A stretch of DNA of 64,000 nt from Alphaproteobacteria bacterium. Its GTDB lineage: Bacteria; Pseudomonadota; Alphaproteobacteria; UBA7887. Under the pieces are notes generated by a model. The model saw nothing but the letters and a program-made list of their open reading frames with translations. It was not told the DNA's origin and searched no databases. Shown here piece by piece: positions 43,735 to 53,568 of this stretch. The position numbers and the translations under genes were made by a program. The DNA is taken from contig CBDCGL010000011.1 of NCBI GenBank assembly GCA_965216755.1, positions 416,001 through 480,000 on the forward strand. Reading direction: 5' to 3'. Position 1 is the first letter of the stretch; each line of letters opens with the position of its first letter.

Positions 43735-44204
43735 AAAAACCTCCTCGAAGCGCCCTCCGGCAATGCACTGCGCAAACCTGATGGCTTCGCGCATCGCCTC
43801 CGGGCGTCCTCAAACACGCCAACACGGGGGTCCTCTTTGCACGCCGATTGGGGGGCCCAATTCAATGCCGGTTGACACTGAATCCGTTATTGGTTGCTTA
43901 TGCCCAGATTGCCGACATCCTGATCGGGCGAACGCGACCGCCGCAACGGACCCTCTATGGAAGCGAAGACCAACGGCACCGAGCCAATCCGATTCTTGGA
44001 TGGTCGCGTCGATTACCGAACGGGGCGCATCAATGCTGCCATCATGTGGTACTCGGTAGGTCCATGGACCTGTCAGGACGGACGCGATCACATCGGATCA
44101 AGTTGGGTGGCGACGATTTCTCGGGAATCACGGATGTACACACGGACCAAGAATTTGCTCATATAAGGAATCGCCGACAACGTGCGATCTCGGAGGGCTA
44201 AAGG

Positions 44205-45179
44205 ATGTCGGAGTTGCACCAAGACCTAATCGTTTTCGACGGCCTGAACGTTTCGAACTGGGGCCCGGCCGTGTTCGCGGATATGCGCCGCGGCGGCGTC
44301 ACGGCGGCGAACTGTACGGTCTGCGTATGGGAAGGTTTCGTGGACACCATGCGCAATATCGCGCGCTTCAAACGCTGGTTTCGCGAGCATGATGATCTGA
44401 TCGTTCAAGCGCGATCCGTGACCGATATCCGTCAAGCCAAGGACGATCATAAGACCGCAATCGTTCTCGGTTTTCAGAATGTATCGGCATTCGAAGACCA
44501 ACTTGGCTACGTGACGTTGTTTAAAGATGTTGGCGTCGGCATCGCCCAGCTGGCGTACAACACCCAGAATTTTGCTGGTTCAGGGTGCTATGAAAGCAGC
44601 GATGGCGGCCTGTCAGATTTCGGTCACGACCTGGTGGCGGAAATGAACCGTGTGGGCATCATGTGCGACCTGTCGCATGTCGGACCGAAAACGTCGGATG
44701 ATGTTATCCGGGCATCGACCCGCCCGGTTTGCTACTCGCATTGTCTGCCAGCCGGCCTAAAGGAACACCCGCGCAATAAGAGTGATGCGCAGCTTAAGGC
44801 CATGGCCGATGGCGGTGGCTTTGTTGGTGTGACCATGTTTCCAGCCTTTTTGAAGCAAGGTATCGATGCCACTGTCGACGACTATGTTGCGGCCATCGAT
44901 TATGTTGTCAATTTGATCGGCGAGGATACGGTGGGCATCGGCACTGACTTCACCCAAGATCACGATCACGCATTCTTTCAGTGGATCACTCACGACAAAG
45001 GCGATGGGCGCAGGCTCACGGACTTCGGCGCAATCATTAACCCGAAGGGCTTGCGCACGATCCGCGAGTTTCCCAATCTAACCGCGGCCATGGAACGGGC
45101 CGGCTGGGGTGAAACCAGAATCCGCAAAATCATGGGCGAGAATTGGGTGCGGGTTCTCGCCGACGTATGGGCGGGTTAG
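44205..45179 (+). CDS. Membrane (renal) dipeptidase family M19 protein
   Basis: QLAYN, GLSDFG, CDLSH, YSH, HPRNKSD, VGIGTDF, KIMGENW. Confidence 0.9.
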   Translation: MSELHQDLIVFDGLNVSNWGPAVFADMRRGGVTAANCTVCVWEGFVDTMRNIARFKRWFREHDDLIVQARSVTDIRQAKDDHKTAIVLGFQNVSAFEDQLGYVTLFKDVGVGIAQLAYNTQNFAGSGCYESSDGGLSDFGHDLVAEMNRVGIMCDLSHVGPKTSDDVIRASTRPVCYSHCLPAGLKEHPRNKSDAQLKAMADGGGFVGVTMFPAFLKQGIDATVDDYVAAIDYVVNLIGEDTVGIGTDFTQDHDHAFFQWITHDKGDGRRLTDFGAIINPKGLRTIREFPNLTAAMERAGWGETRIRKIMGENWVRVLADVWAG

Positions 45180-45526
45180 TTCCGTGCGCCAATTCCACCA
45201 ATGGCTGTCGTTGCCACGCTGCCAGCCAACCGAACATCGCATCCATCCTGACCCGACGTTGCGGCGTCCATCGTCGGTGTTACGGCCTCCATGGCGCGTT
45301 TACATGCGCTCTTCGACGATAGAACCCGTCCCTCTGGGACGGCGGCACGACGCCAAGCTGGCCTGCGGCGGGCGCAGCGACTTTGTCCTGCATGCCGCCG
45401 CCTGGTCGAAGCAACATGCTCGTCGAGCCTATTTGATTGGCCGCCACTTTTCCGGAACAGACATTGTCGTCGGCCACAGATGTCCGATAGCCACTCATAC
45501 CCGACCTGTCAGCGACCACGATTCAA

Positions 45527-45559
45527 GTGTGGCTCATTTCATGGCAAAGTGAGCCACAC
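45527..45559. repeat. Perfect 10-bp inverted repeat between convergent genes
   Basis: GTGTGGCTCA-N13-TGAGCCACAC; no U-tract, so its role is unclear. Confidence 0.4.
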
Positions 45560-45609
45560 ATGCATAACTCTTTGACATGGATTGGGCTGGAGAAGCGCTC
45601 CAGCTCTGT

Positions 45610-46140
45610 TCACGACGGCCACTGGCGACGGATTGGGGCGGCGCCGTCCCAATCGATGGCGGCGGCCCGGACCGCGTCGAATATGCGCCGGCGCGTGTCT
45701 GTCATATGCGCCATCTCGATCACCGTGCCGGGATGACCTTCCTCACGCAAATAGACAAAGCGGCCGCGCGGGGTGTCGCCAGCCTGACCAAGGGAATAGC
45801 CGTTGGAGAGCGCGCGCTCAAGGCGGTCGTCGTAATCCTCCGGCCAGCTCGACCAATGCTGCATGCCCTCGTGCCCCGCGCCCAAGAATTCCTGATACAT
45901 ACTAGCCGTGTCACAACGCTGTTGAATAAGTTCAAGTTGCACCTCGCCGGAATTGGCCAGCGCGACCGAGAGGTGGATGTCATCAAATTCCTGGTCGTGA
46001 TAACGGAAAGTGGTCACCGGCAGCTTGTCGGTGTAGTACCACGGGCCAACGCCACACACCTCTATCCAGTGTTGCATGGCCGCTTCGATGTCGCGGACGA
46101 CAATGCCGATCTGGCGCAATTCGCCGAATAGACGGCTCAT
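45610..46140 (-). CDS. VOC family protein (methylmalonyl-CoA epimerase-like)
   Basis: QIGIVVRDIE, QLELIQ, GMQH, VIEM; RBS GAGGAGG. Confidence 0.85.
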   Translation of the reverse strand: MSRLFGELRQIGIVVRDIEAAMQHWIEVCGVGPWYYTDKLPVTTFRYHDQEFDDIHLSVALANSGEVQLELIQQRCDTASMYQEFLGAGHEGMQHWSSWPEDYDDRLERALSNGYSLGQAGDTPRGRFVYLREEGHPGTVIEMAHMTDTRRRIFDAVRAAAIDWDGAAPIRRQWPS

Positions 46141-48117
46141 CCTCGCCTCCTCTGTGTCCAGTATTTGCTTAGTCGATACAGGACGGATCATATGCGAGCT
46201 GCCATGGAAACGGCAGCTCCCATCGAGACGAGCCAATACCTGGCGCGATCAAGCCCGGCCGGTACACGCATTGATACTGATTTCAATCCGGCGTAACATC
46301 TTGACTTAGCGGCTTGTTCAACTCGGCCGGTCTGGGTTGAAAGTGATGGCAGACCAGAAGCGCAAGCTTGCGGCGATTCTGAGTGCGGATGTGGTCGGCT
46401 ACTCGCGCTTGATGCGCGACGACGAAGCCGCGACGGTTGCGACGTTGCAAGAATACCGGGCGGCCGTTGGCCGGGTGATCGACCAGCGGGGCGGGCGCGT
46501 CGTCAACGCACCCGGCGACAATATCTTGGCCGAGTTTGTGAGCGCCGTTGAGGCAGTCCAAGCCGCCGTCGAAATCCAGAGGAATATCGAAGGTCGCAAT
46601 GCCGAGCTACCAGAGACTCGGCGCATGCAGCTACGGGTTGGGGTCAATCTTGGCGATGTGATCGAGGAAGAGGACGGCACTATTTATGGCGACGGCGTCA
46701 ACGTCGCTGCGCGCATGGAATCGTTGGCGGATAGCGCCGGCATTTGCGTCTCCAGCACAGTTTACGACGCTGTCGAAGGCAAGCTTGATTTTGGTTTTGA
46801 CTTCCTTGGCGCGCAGCCCGTCAAGGACATCGACAAGCCGGTGCGCGTCTACCGCGTGCGCGCGGAGGCTGGAAGCAGGTCTCCAAAGGGCCGGCCACGA
46901 GTCGCCCAACGCCTATCCTTGGTTGTCGGCGCCCTGGCGGGGATAGTTGCTGCAGTTGTCGTTGGTTGGTGGGTAACCCAAGGGCCAGTAGCCCTCCAAC
47001 AGGAGACAGCAGAAGGATCGTTGACCAATGATCCGATTCTCGCAATGCCGACGGGACCGGCGATTGCCGTTCTGCCATTTGAGAACATAAGTGACGACGA
47101 GAGTCAGGACTATTTTTCGGATGGCGTCACCGAAGACATCATCACGGAGCTGTCGCGCTTCGACGAAATCCACGTCATTTCCCGAAACTCGACCTTTCAG
47201 TTTAAGGATAAAGCCGTTGACGTGCGCAAAGTCGCGCAGGACCTGGGCGCCGATTACATTGTCGAAGGCAGTGTTCGCAGGGCAAGCAATCGTATTCGGG
47301 TGACGGCTCAATTGCTTGACGCCGGGGAAGGCACACATCTATGGGCCGATTCGTACGATCGCCAATTGACCGCCGACAATATCTTCGATGTTCAAGATGA
47401 GATCGTCGGCCAAGTTGTGACAACCATTGCCGACGCCTATGGCATCATCGCGACCAGCCGGCTCCAAATCGCGCAGCGTTCCGAAGCCCACGATCTGGGT
47501 GCCTATGAGTGTGTTTTGCGCGCCCACGAATATTACGGAAGTAGCGACTATACCGTGGACGCTGCGAAGCATCTGGTGGTCAGAACGTGCCTCGAAGAAG
47601 CCGTCAAAACCGATCCGACATACGCCGACGCCTGGATTTGGTTGGCGGGAATGTATCGAGATGAAGCTTGGTATGGTCACAATGCGATACCGGATCCGTG
47701 GGGCCGCATGGAAGCGGTGCTGCGGCGCGGCCTTGATTTGGATTCCAACCACCAAGCTGGACATGCGTTCCTTGCCGACCTCTATAAGGAGAGAAAACAG
47801 GAGGAATTGTTCTTCGAAGCCGCAAGACGGGCGATCGAGCTTAACCCCAATAGCGCGAATATTTTGGCATGGATGGGCGCTGCCATCGCCACATGGGGCC
47901 AATGGGACCAGGGGATTCCGCTTATGCGGAAAGGTGTCGCACTAAGCCATACGCCGCCTGCATGGATGTTTTGGACCATTTCTTGGGACCACTACAGGCG
48001 GGGTGAATACGAGGAGTCACTCTCTGTCGCAATGAAGGGGTACGTGAATTGGCCCCCATTTCGACCGGACAGTCGGCGTAAGCAGGGAGGCTTAGGCATA
48101 GCCCTAAGCATGTGCTT

Positions 48118-48507
48118 ATGTCTGATGACTTTCAGCGGATCGAAGTGATCACAGGAACCGCACGTCGACGGCATTGGTCGGCCCAACAAAAGCTGGCGAT
48201 TGTCGAGGAAACGCTTGCGCCTGGTGCGAGTGTTTCGGCTGTCGCCCGACGTCATGGGGTTGGCGCCAATTTAGTGTATCGTTGGCGGCGGTTGATGAAA
48301 GAAGGGGGCGCCGTGGCTGTGGGGGCAGACGAGACGGTGGTCGGCGAAGCGCAGGTCAAGAAGCTTGAGGCACAAGTACGTGAACTCGAGCGCTTGCTTG
48401 GCAAGAAGACCATGGAGGTGGAAATCCTGCGCGAGGCCCTTGAGCGGTCGCGGGCAAAAAAACCGATCTTGCACGTTGCCTCGCCGCTACGGGGCGATAC
48501 CCGATGA
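48118..48507 (+). CDS. IS3-family OrfA
   Basis: RRRHWSAQQKLAIVEE, VARRHGV, LERLLGKKTMEVEIL. Confidence 0.9.
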   Translation: MSDDFQRIEVITGTARRRHWSAQQKLAIVEETLAPGASVSAVARRHGVGANLVYRWRRLMKEGGAVAVGADETVVGEAQVKKLEAQVRELERLLGKKTMEVEILREALERSRAKKPILHVASPLRGDTR

Positions 48508-49331
48508 GCGCCGTGGCCAGAACGCTGGGCGTGTCGCGCTCGAACCTGTACGAGCGGACACAGGGGGCCAACCGATCGCGCGGCGCTTATCGCAAACCGG
48601 GCGACGCGGCCTTGTTGGAACTGATCCGCCGTCTTGTCGATGAACGGCCGACTTACGGCTATCGCCGGATCACGGCCCTGGCGCGCCGAGAGTTAGCGCG
48701 CGTCAACGAACCCCTGCCGAACCACAAGCGCGTCTATCGGCTCATGAAGCGACATGGTTTGTTGCTGCGCAAATCGTCTGGACGTCGTGACGGCCGTGTC
48801 CATGACGGCAAAGTCGTCGTCATGAGTTCGAACTTGCGATGGTGCTCGGACGGCTTTGAGTTCGCGTGTTGGAACGGTGACATTGTCCGCGCCGCGTTTG
48901 TCATTGATGCTCACGATCGGGAGTTGATCGCCCATGTCGCCGTTTCCGGCCGGGGCATCAGCGGTTCGGACGTGCGCGACATGATGCTCGAAGCGGTTGA
49001 AACACGGTTCGCGACACTGTCCGCGCCGCGGCGGATCGAATTCCTGTCCGACAACGGATCACCCTACACCGCCAAGGACACGCGCGACTTTGCCATGGCG
49101 CTCAATTTGGAACCATGTTTCACGCCGGTCGCCAGTCCTGAAAGCAACGGCCTTGCCGAGGCTTTTGTGAAAACCATCAAGCGCGATTATGTCCGGGTCA
49201 ATCAGATCCCGGACGCCAAAACCGCGCTTGAACAAATCACCGGATGGTTCGAGGATTACAACGACAATCATCCACATTCCGGGCTCAAATGGAGATCGCC
49301 CCGCGAATTCCGAGGAGCCCAAAACACATAG
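48504..49331 (+). CDS. IS3-family OrfB (DDE)
   Basis: YGYRRI, RWCSDG, FLSDNGS, PESNGLAEAFVKT. Confidence 0.9.
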   Translation: MSAVARTLGVSRSNLYERTQGANRSRGAYRKPGDAALLELIRRLVDERPTYGYRRITALARRELARVNEPLPNHKRVYRLMKRHGLLLRKSSGRRDGRVHDGKVVVMSSNLRWCSDGFEFACWNGDIVRAAFVIDAHDRELIAHVAVSGRGISGSDVRDMMLEAVETRFATLSAPRRIEFLSDNGSPYTAKDTRDFAMALNLEPCFTPVASPESNGLAEAFVKTIKRDYVRVNQIPDAKTALEQITGWFEDYNDNHPHSGLKWRSPREFRGAQNT

Positions 49332-49676
49332 CCGGGTGTCCGATCAAACGGGGGCAACACCAGTACGCGCCAACAGATCCATGGTTCCTCGCTCAAATCA
49401 TTCCAGTCTACGTTCAGCTCGTCGAAAGGCCGACGCTGAAGCGGCACTTCATCAAATGCTCACTCTTGACCCTAATATTGGGCGGAACGTTCGCGGGGGC
49501 TTCTCATCTTGGACATACGATGAAGAGCTTGTTGAGCGCATGGTGACCGACTTGCGAGAGGCCGGTCTCGAGGTTCCCGAGACAAGCATCGAGAATCCGT
49601 GACAAACGCCTGGGTCGAACCACCCCACCCATCATTGACAGTTTTCTAGGATCGGCCAGAATCAATTGACCGTACC

Positions 49677-52600
49677 GTGTCATGGGAGCGCTTCTTGGCC
49701 GACGGTAAAGGTCCGAAACAGAGACTTGCGGCGATTTTGGCCGCAGACGTGGCCGGTTACTCGCGCCTGATGCAGGCCGATGAACGGGCGACCATCGCCA
49801 CGCTCAACGAATATCGCAGCCTGTTCCGTGCTGAGATCGAAACCCATGACGGCCGCGTGGTCGACATGGCCGGTGACAGCGTCCTTGCCGTATTCGACTC
49901 CGCCATCGGCGCGGTCACCGCGGCGGTGCAGATCCAGGGCGAGCTGGCAAAGCGCAACGTGGCTCTGCCCGACGACCGGCGCATGGCGTTTCGCATCGGC
50001 GTTAATCTGGGCGACATTTTCGAGCAGGCTGACGGCACGATTTATGGCGATGGCGTCAATGTGGCCGCACGCCTGGAAGCCATTGCCAGCCCCAGTGGCA
50101 TCAACGTCTCGGGGAGCGTGTTCGACAGCGTGCGCTCCAAGGTTGGCGTCTCGTTTGACTTTTTGGGCGAGCAAGAGGTCAAGAACATCGCCGGCCCGGT
50201 CCGTACATATCGTGTCGCCGATGGCGAAGAGGTGCGTTCGGACACACCGCTGCGGCGATCAAAGCGCAACCTCGTTATCGGATTGGCCGCGGCGGCTTCA
50301 ATCCTTGTTGTCGGTGGTTTGTGGGGCGTCGGCCTGTTTACAGCGCAGGCCCCCGACGGGCGCGAAAAAAGCGCGAGCGCGCTGGCGGACGTCGACAGCC
50401 CGGCAGGCCGCGCGCCGCCGTCGGATAAAGCTTCGGTAGCCGTGCTACCGTTTCAGAATCTCAGCACTGACCCGGCGCATGCTTTCCTCGCCGATGGTTT
50501 GCACGAGAACATTACCTCGACACTGTCTCAGGCCCGCCGCCTGTTTGTCCCGGCCCGCTTTTCCACACTCCAATACAAAATCCCGGACGTTGACATAGGG
50601 ATCGTCGCGCGCACGCTTGGCGTTGCGCATGTGTTGGAAGGCAGCGTGCAAGTAGCGGGAGAGCAAGTTCGCATTACCATGCAGTTGATTGACGCCGCCA
50701 CCGGCGGTCACATCTGGACCGAGCGCTATGACCGACCACTCGACGACGTCTTTGTTCTGCAGGACGAAATCACACTCGACGTTGTCAGTGCACTACAGGT
50801 AAAGCTGATCGAAGGCGCGCAAGCCCTGCGATGGCGCGGCGGCACGGTCAATCTTGAGGCCTGGGCCCTAGCACAAAGCGCGCTGGTCCATATTCGCCGT
50901 TTCAACCAGGAAGACCATGCCGAGGCGCGCGCACTTGTCGAACGCGCACTCCAACTGGACCCTGACTATGCACTCGCCTGGACTTTGTTGGGCTACATCT
51001 ATCAGCAGATTTTTGATGAAGGCTGGGTTGATGATCCCTCGCTTCTCAACCAAGCACAAATCTGTGCTGAAAAGGCGATAGCACTCGACCCCAATCTGCC
51101 GCTTGCACATACGCTCATTGGCTTCGTTGCGTTGAGCAGAGGCAACGTCGATGTGGCAGTGGCCCAGGCTGAAAAGGCGATTGCGATCGATCCCAATGGC
51201 TCAATCTCGCGTATGCACCTCGCGATATTTCTCAATGTCGCCGGAGACCCGGACAAGGCCCTGAGTTTGATCGACGAGGCCATGGCGTTGAGTCCGATTT
51301 ATCCCGATTTTTATCTCTGGAATAGGGCCCACGCGCTTCTCCTGGCCGGTGAGTACGACGAGGCAGCCGATCTATTCGTCAAATACCAGCAACGTGTCCC
51401 GGGCGATTGGCCTATTTTGACAACGATTGCCTTGGCGAAGGCAGGTCGAAACGAAGACGCGGCGGCGTACATCGAGGAAATGATGGACGAGACCTCGGGC
51501 TTCTCGATCGATCTTGCACGCGATCAACTCGATCGCCGATATCCCTACAAGGATCAGTCTATCCTGGAGGGGCATCTCCACACGTTGCGAGGTCTCGGCG
51601 TGCCTGAGCATCCGCCACGTGCCGATGCCGACAAACCATCGATTGCAGTGCTACCGTTTGTGAACTTGAGCGGCGATCCGGACCAGGACTATTTTGCCAA
51701 AGGCATCAGCGAGGAATTGATCACGGCGCTGGGGCGATTCCCGGCGCTTCGGGTGGCGGCTCGGGGCACATCTCGCGAAATGACCGGACAAGACCCAAGA
51801 AGAGTCGCCGAGGCTCTCAATGTGGATTTTGTGCTCGAAGGATCGGTGCGTAAAGCCGGCGCGACCGTGCGTGTTGACGCCAGCCTTGAAGCCGCCGACG
51901 GCACGCAGGTTTGGGCGGAGCGCTTCGACCGCGACCTGACCGCAACCAACCTGTTCGCAATCCAGGATGACATCACAAGCCGCGTCGCGGCTGCGCTTGC
52001 AAGCGGTCGCGGCGCCATCAGCGCTGGTGTCGTTGCCCGGCGAGCGCGGAGCCGCACGGCCGACTTGAGTGCATATGAATGCTACTTACGTGCCTTAGCA
52101 AGTCTCCAGTCCCCGAACCCGAAACGACACACGGCAGCACGCGATTGCCTGGAAGCTGCGGTTGCGGCAAATCCAGATTTTATCGATGGCTGGTCAGCCC
52201 TTAGATGGCTCTACGAGTCAGAGCATGTGCTGGGCTTTAACCCACGTCCGCGGCCGTTAGACCGCGCGCTTGATGCTGCACGCAGGGTGGTTGCGCTTGA
52301 CCCCAATCATCCCAAAGGCTTGCACGGTCTCGCGTCAATCCATTTCATGCGACGGGACTTAGAACAGTTTTTCGACACAGCGGAGCGTGCGCTGCGCGTC
52401 AACCCCAACGATACAGAAACGTTGGCCGATCTAGGCTGGATGATCGCATATGCAGGGCGTTGGGAACGTGGCATCAAGCTGTTAGAACAGGCGAATGAAA
52501 TCAATCCATCGATTGGTAAGTGGATCTACATCGCGTATGCGATCGATAAGTACAGGCGCCGCGATTATGTCGGCGCGCTAGCTGATGCGCAGCGCGCCCA

Positions 52601-52832
52601 GATGCCGGATTTCAGGCGCGATCCATTTGTGACGACGATCGCGCTCGCGCAGGTGGGCCGTATCGATGATGCCAAAGTGAGCCTTGCGCGCATGCTTGAG
52701 CTTCATCCCGAGTTCGCCGACGATCCCTGGGGCGAATGCCGCAAGTGGAACTGGTCCGAAGATCTGATCGCCGACATCCTGGACGGCTTCGAGAAAGCCG
52801 GCCTGCAGATTCCGCCTGATCCGGCTGGGTAA
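49677..52832 (+). CDS. Class III adenylate/guanylate cyclase with two TolB-like/TPR modules
   Basis: ILAADVAGYSRL, AGDSVL, RIGVNLGD, GDGVNVAARLE; SVAVLPFQNL and SIAVLPFVNL modules each followed by TPRs. Start may be TTG at ~49695. Confidence 0.9.
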   Translation: MSWERFLADGKGPKQRLAAILAADVAGYSRLMQADERATIATLNEYRSLFRAEIETHDGRVVDMAGDSVLAVFDSAIGAVTAAVQIQGELAKRNVALPDDRRMAFRIGVNLGDIFEQADGTIYGDGVNVAARLEAIASPSGINVSGSVFDSVRSKVGVSFDFLGEQEVKNIAGPVRTYRVADGEEVRSDTPLRRSKRNLVIGLAAAASILVVGGLWGVGLFTAQAPDGREKSASALADVDSPAGRAPPSDKASVAVLPFQNLSTDPAHAFLADGLHENITSTLSQARRLFVPARFSTLQYKIPDVDIGIVARTLGVAHVLEGSVQVAGEQVRITMQLIDAATGGHIWTERYDRPLDDVFVLQDEITLDVVSALQVKLIEGAQALRWRGGTVNLEAWALAQSALVHIRRFNQEDHAEARALVERALQLDPDYALAWTLLGYIYQQIFDEGWVDDPSLLNQAQICAEKAIALDPNLPLAHTLIGFVALSRGNVDVAVAQAEKAIAIDPNGSISRMHLAIFLNVAGDPDKALSLIDEAMALSPIYPDFYLWNRAHALLLAGEYDEAADLFVKYQQRVPGDWPILTTIALAKAGRNEDAAAYIEEMMDETSGFSIDLARDQLDRRYPYKDQSILEGHLHTLRGLGVPEHPPRADADKPSIAVLPFVNLSGDPDQDYFAKGISEELITALGRFPALRVAARGTSREMTGQDPRRVAEALNVDFVLEGSVRKAGATVRVDASLEAADGTQVWAERFDRDLTATNLFAIQDDITSRVAAALASGRGAISAGVVARRARSRTADLSAYECYLRALASLQSPNPKRHTAARDCLEAAVAANPDFIDGWSALRWLYESEHVLGFNPRPRPLDRALDAARRVVALDPNHPKGLHGLASIHFMRRDLEQFFDTAERALRVNPNDTETLADLGWMIAYAGRWERGIKLLEQANEINPSIGKWIYIAYAIDKYRRRDYVGALADAQRAQMPDFRRDPFVTTIALAQVGRIDDAKVSLARMLELHPEFADDPWGECRKWNWSEDLIADILDGFEKAGLQIPPDPAG

Positions 52833-52891
52833 ATTGGCGCGTTCTGGTCCGGTGAATAGTACGGATCGCCGAACAGCGAATTTGCCGAATT

Positions 52892-52950
52892 GGCCATGTC
52901 TAAGCTTTCCTGCTCACGCCAACTGTCCGGTCGAAATGGGGGGCAGTACA
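52892..52950 (-). mobile_element. Solo left end of an IS2-like element
   Basis: Reverse complement TGTACTGCCCCCCATTTCGACCGGACAGTTGGCGTGAGCAGG matches 48045-48086. Confidence 0.75.
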
Positions 52951-52953
52951 TGG

Positions 52954-53385
52954 TCATTCGTAGATTTCGCCGTCGAACGTCTCTCTTGTTACACCTTCGG
53001 CCTCCGGGTTGAAACCGAGTTCGATCTGCACGCCGTTGGGGTCATTGAAGAAGACTTGTATAACTCTTCCGCCGCCCGCCAGCCTTTTTCTGTATTTCAC
53101 GCCGTTCTTTTCGAGAACAACGAGCTGTTCTGCGAGGCCCGATCCCCACATTGCGAAATGGTCGAGCCCCTTGCCCATGGCGTCTGGATTGGTCCGCGGC
53201 GGGCTGTCCCGGTCAACTGGTGATATATGGATGATCGGCATATCATCGGCGTACATCCAGTAGCCCGGCTCCGGGAACGGCGGGCGGAATCCGTTCTTGA
53301 GGCCGAGCACTTCCGCATAGAAGTCACGCGTTTCCTCAAGACTGGTCGCACGAATGTTGACGTGGTTCAAATGGTATCTCGACAT
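52954..53385 (-). CDS. VOC / glyoxalase family protein
   Basis: LNHVNI, FYAEVLGL, RPPFPEPGYW, LDHFA, QVFFNDPNGVQIEL. Confidence 0.9.
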   Translation of the reverse strand: MSRYHLNHVNIRATSLEETRDFYAEVLGLKNGFRPPFPEPGYWMYADDMPIIHISPVDRDSPPRTNPDAMGKGLDHFAMWGSGLAEQLVVLEKNGVKYRKRLAGGGRVIQVFFNDPNGVQIELGFNPEAEGVTRETFDGEIYE

Positions 53386-53568
53386 GATGCTCTCCCCCGT
53401 GAAATTGGCCTGCCTGCTGGAGGCTGCGCGTAAACACTGAAACCAATTCGAGGCTCATTATTTCCCGGCAATTCAAGTGCTTTGCAGCGTCCCCCAGGGT
53501 CGTCGGAAACGACCCGCCGGCAAGGGCCGCTGCCGGAGTGATGCTGTTTATCTCCGACACTCGATCAC

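Larger units (their letters stand above)
41393..43877 (+). mobile_element. Intact IS21-family element
   Basis: TGTAGATCGGC...GCCGGTTGACA ends; 7-bp target duplication CTGAATC at 41386-41392 and 43878-43884. Confidence 0.95.
48045..49362 (+). mobile_element. IS3-family (IS2 group) element
   Basis: TG...CA ends; 5-bp duplication GTACG (48040-48044, 49363-49367); orfA/orfB with an A7 slippery site at 48456-48462. Confidence 0.93.
46346..49602 (+). pseudogene. Class III nucleotide cyclase-TM-TolB-like-TPR gene interrupted by an IS2-like element
   Basis: ILSADVVGYSRL, IYGDGVNVAARME, IAVLPFEN; the frame resumes after the IS (YAPTDPWF...) with a further frameshift to ...LREAGL at 49602. Confidence 0.85.

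Noticed and set aside
46271-46286. FNR-like TTGAT...TTCAA
   Set aside because: Half-site spacing is 2 bp too long.
46346-52832. Pycsar/CBASS-like cyclic nucleotide defence
   Set aside because: The architecture is the common alphaproteobacterial cyclase-TolB-TPR type with no adjacent TIR or TM effector.
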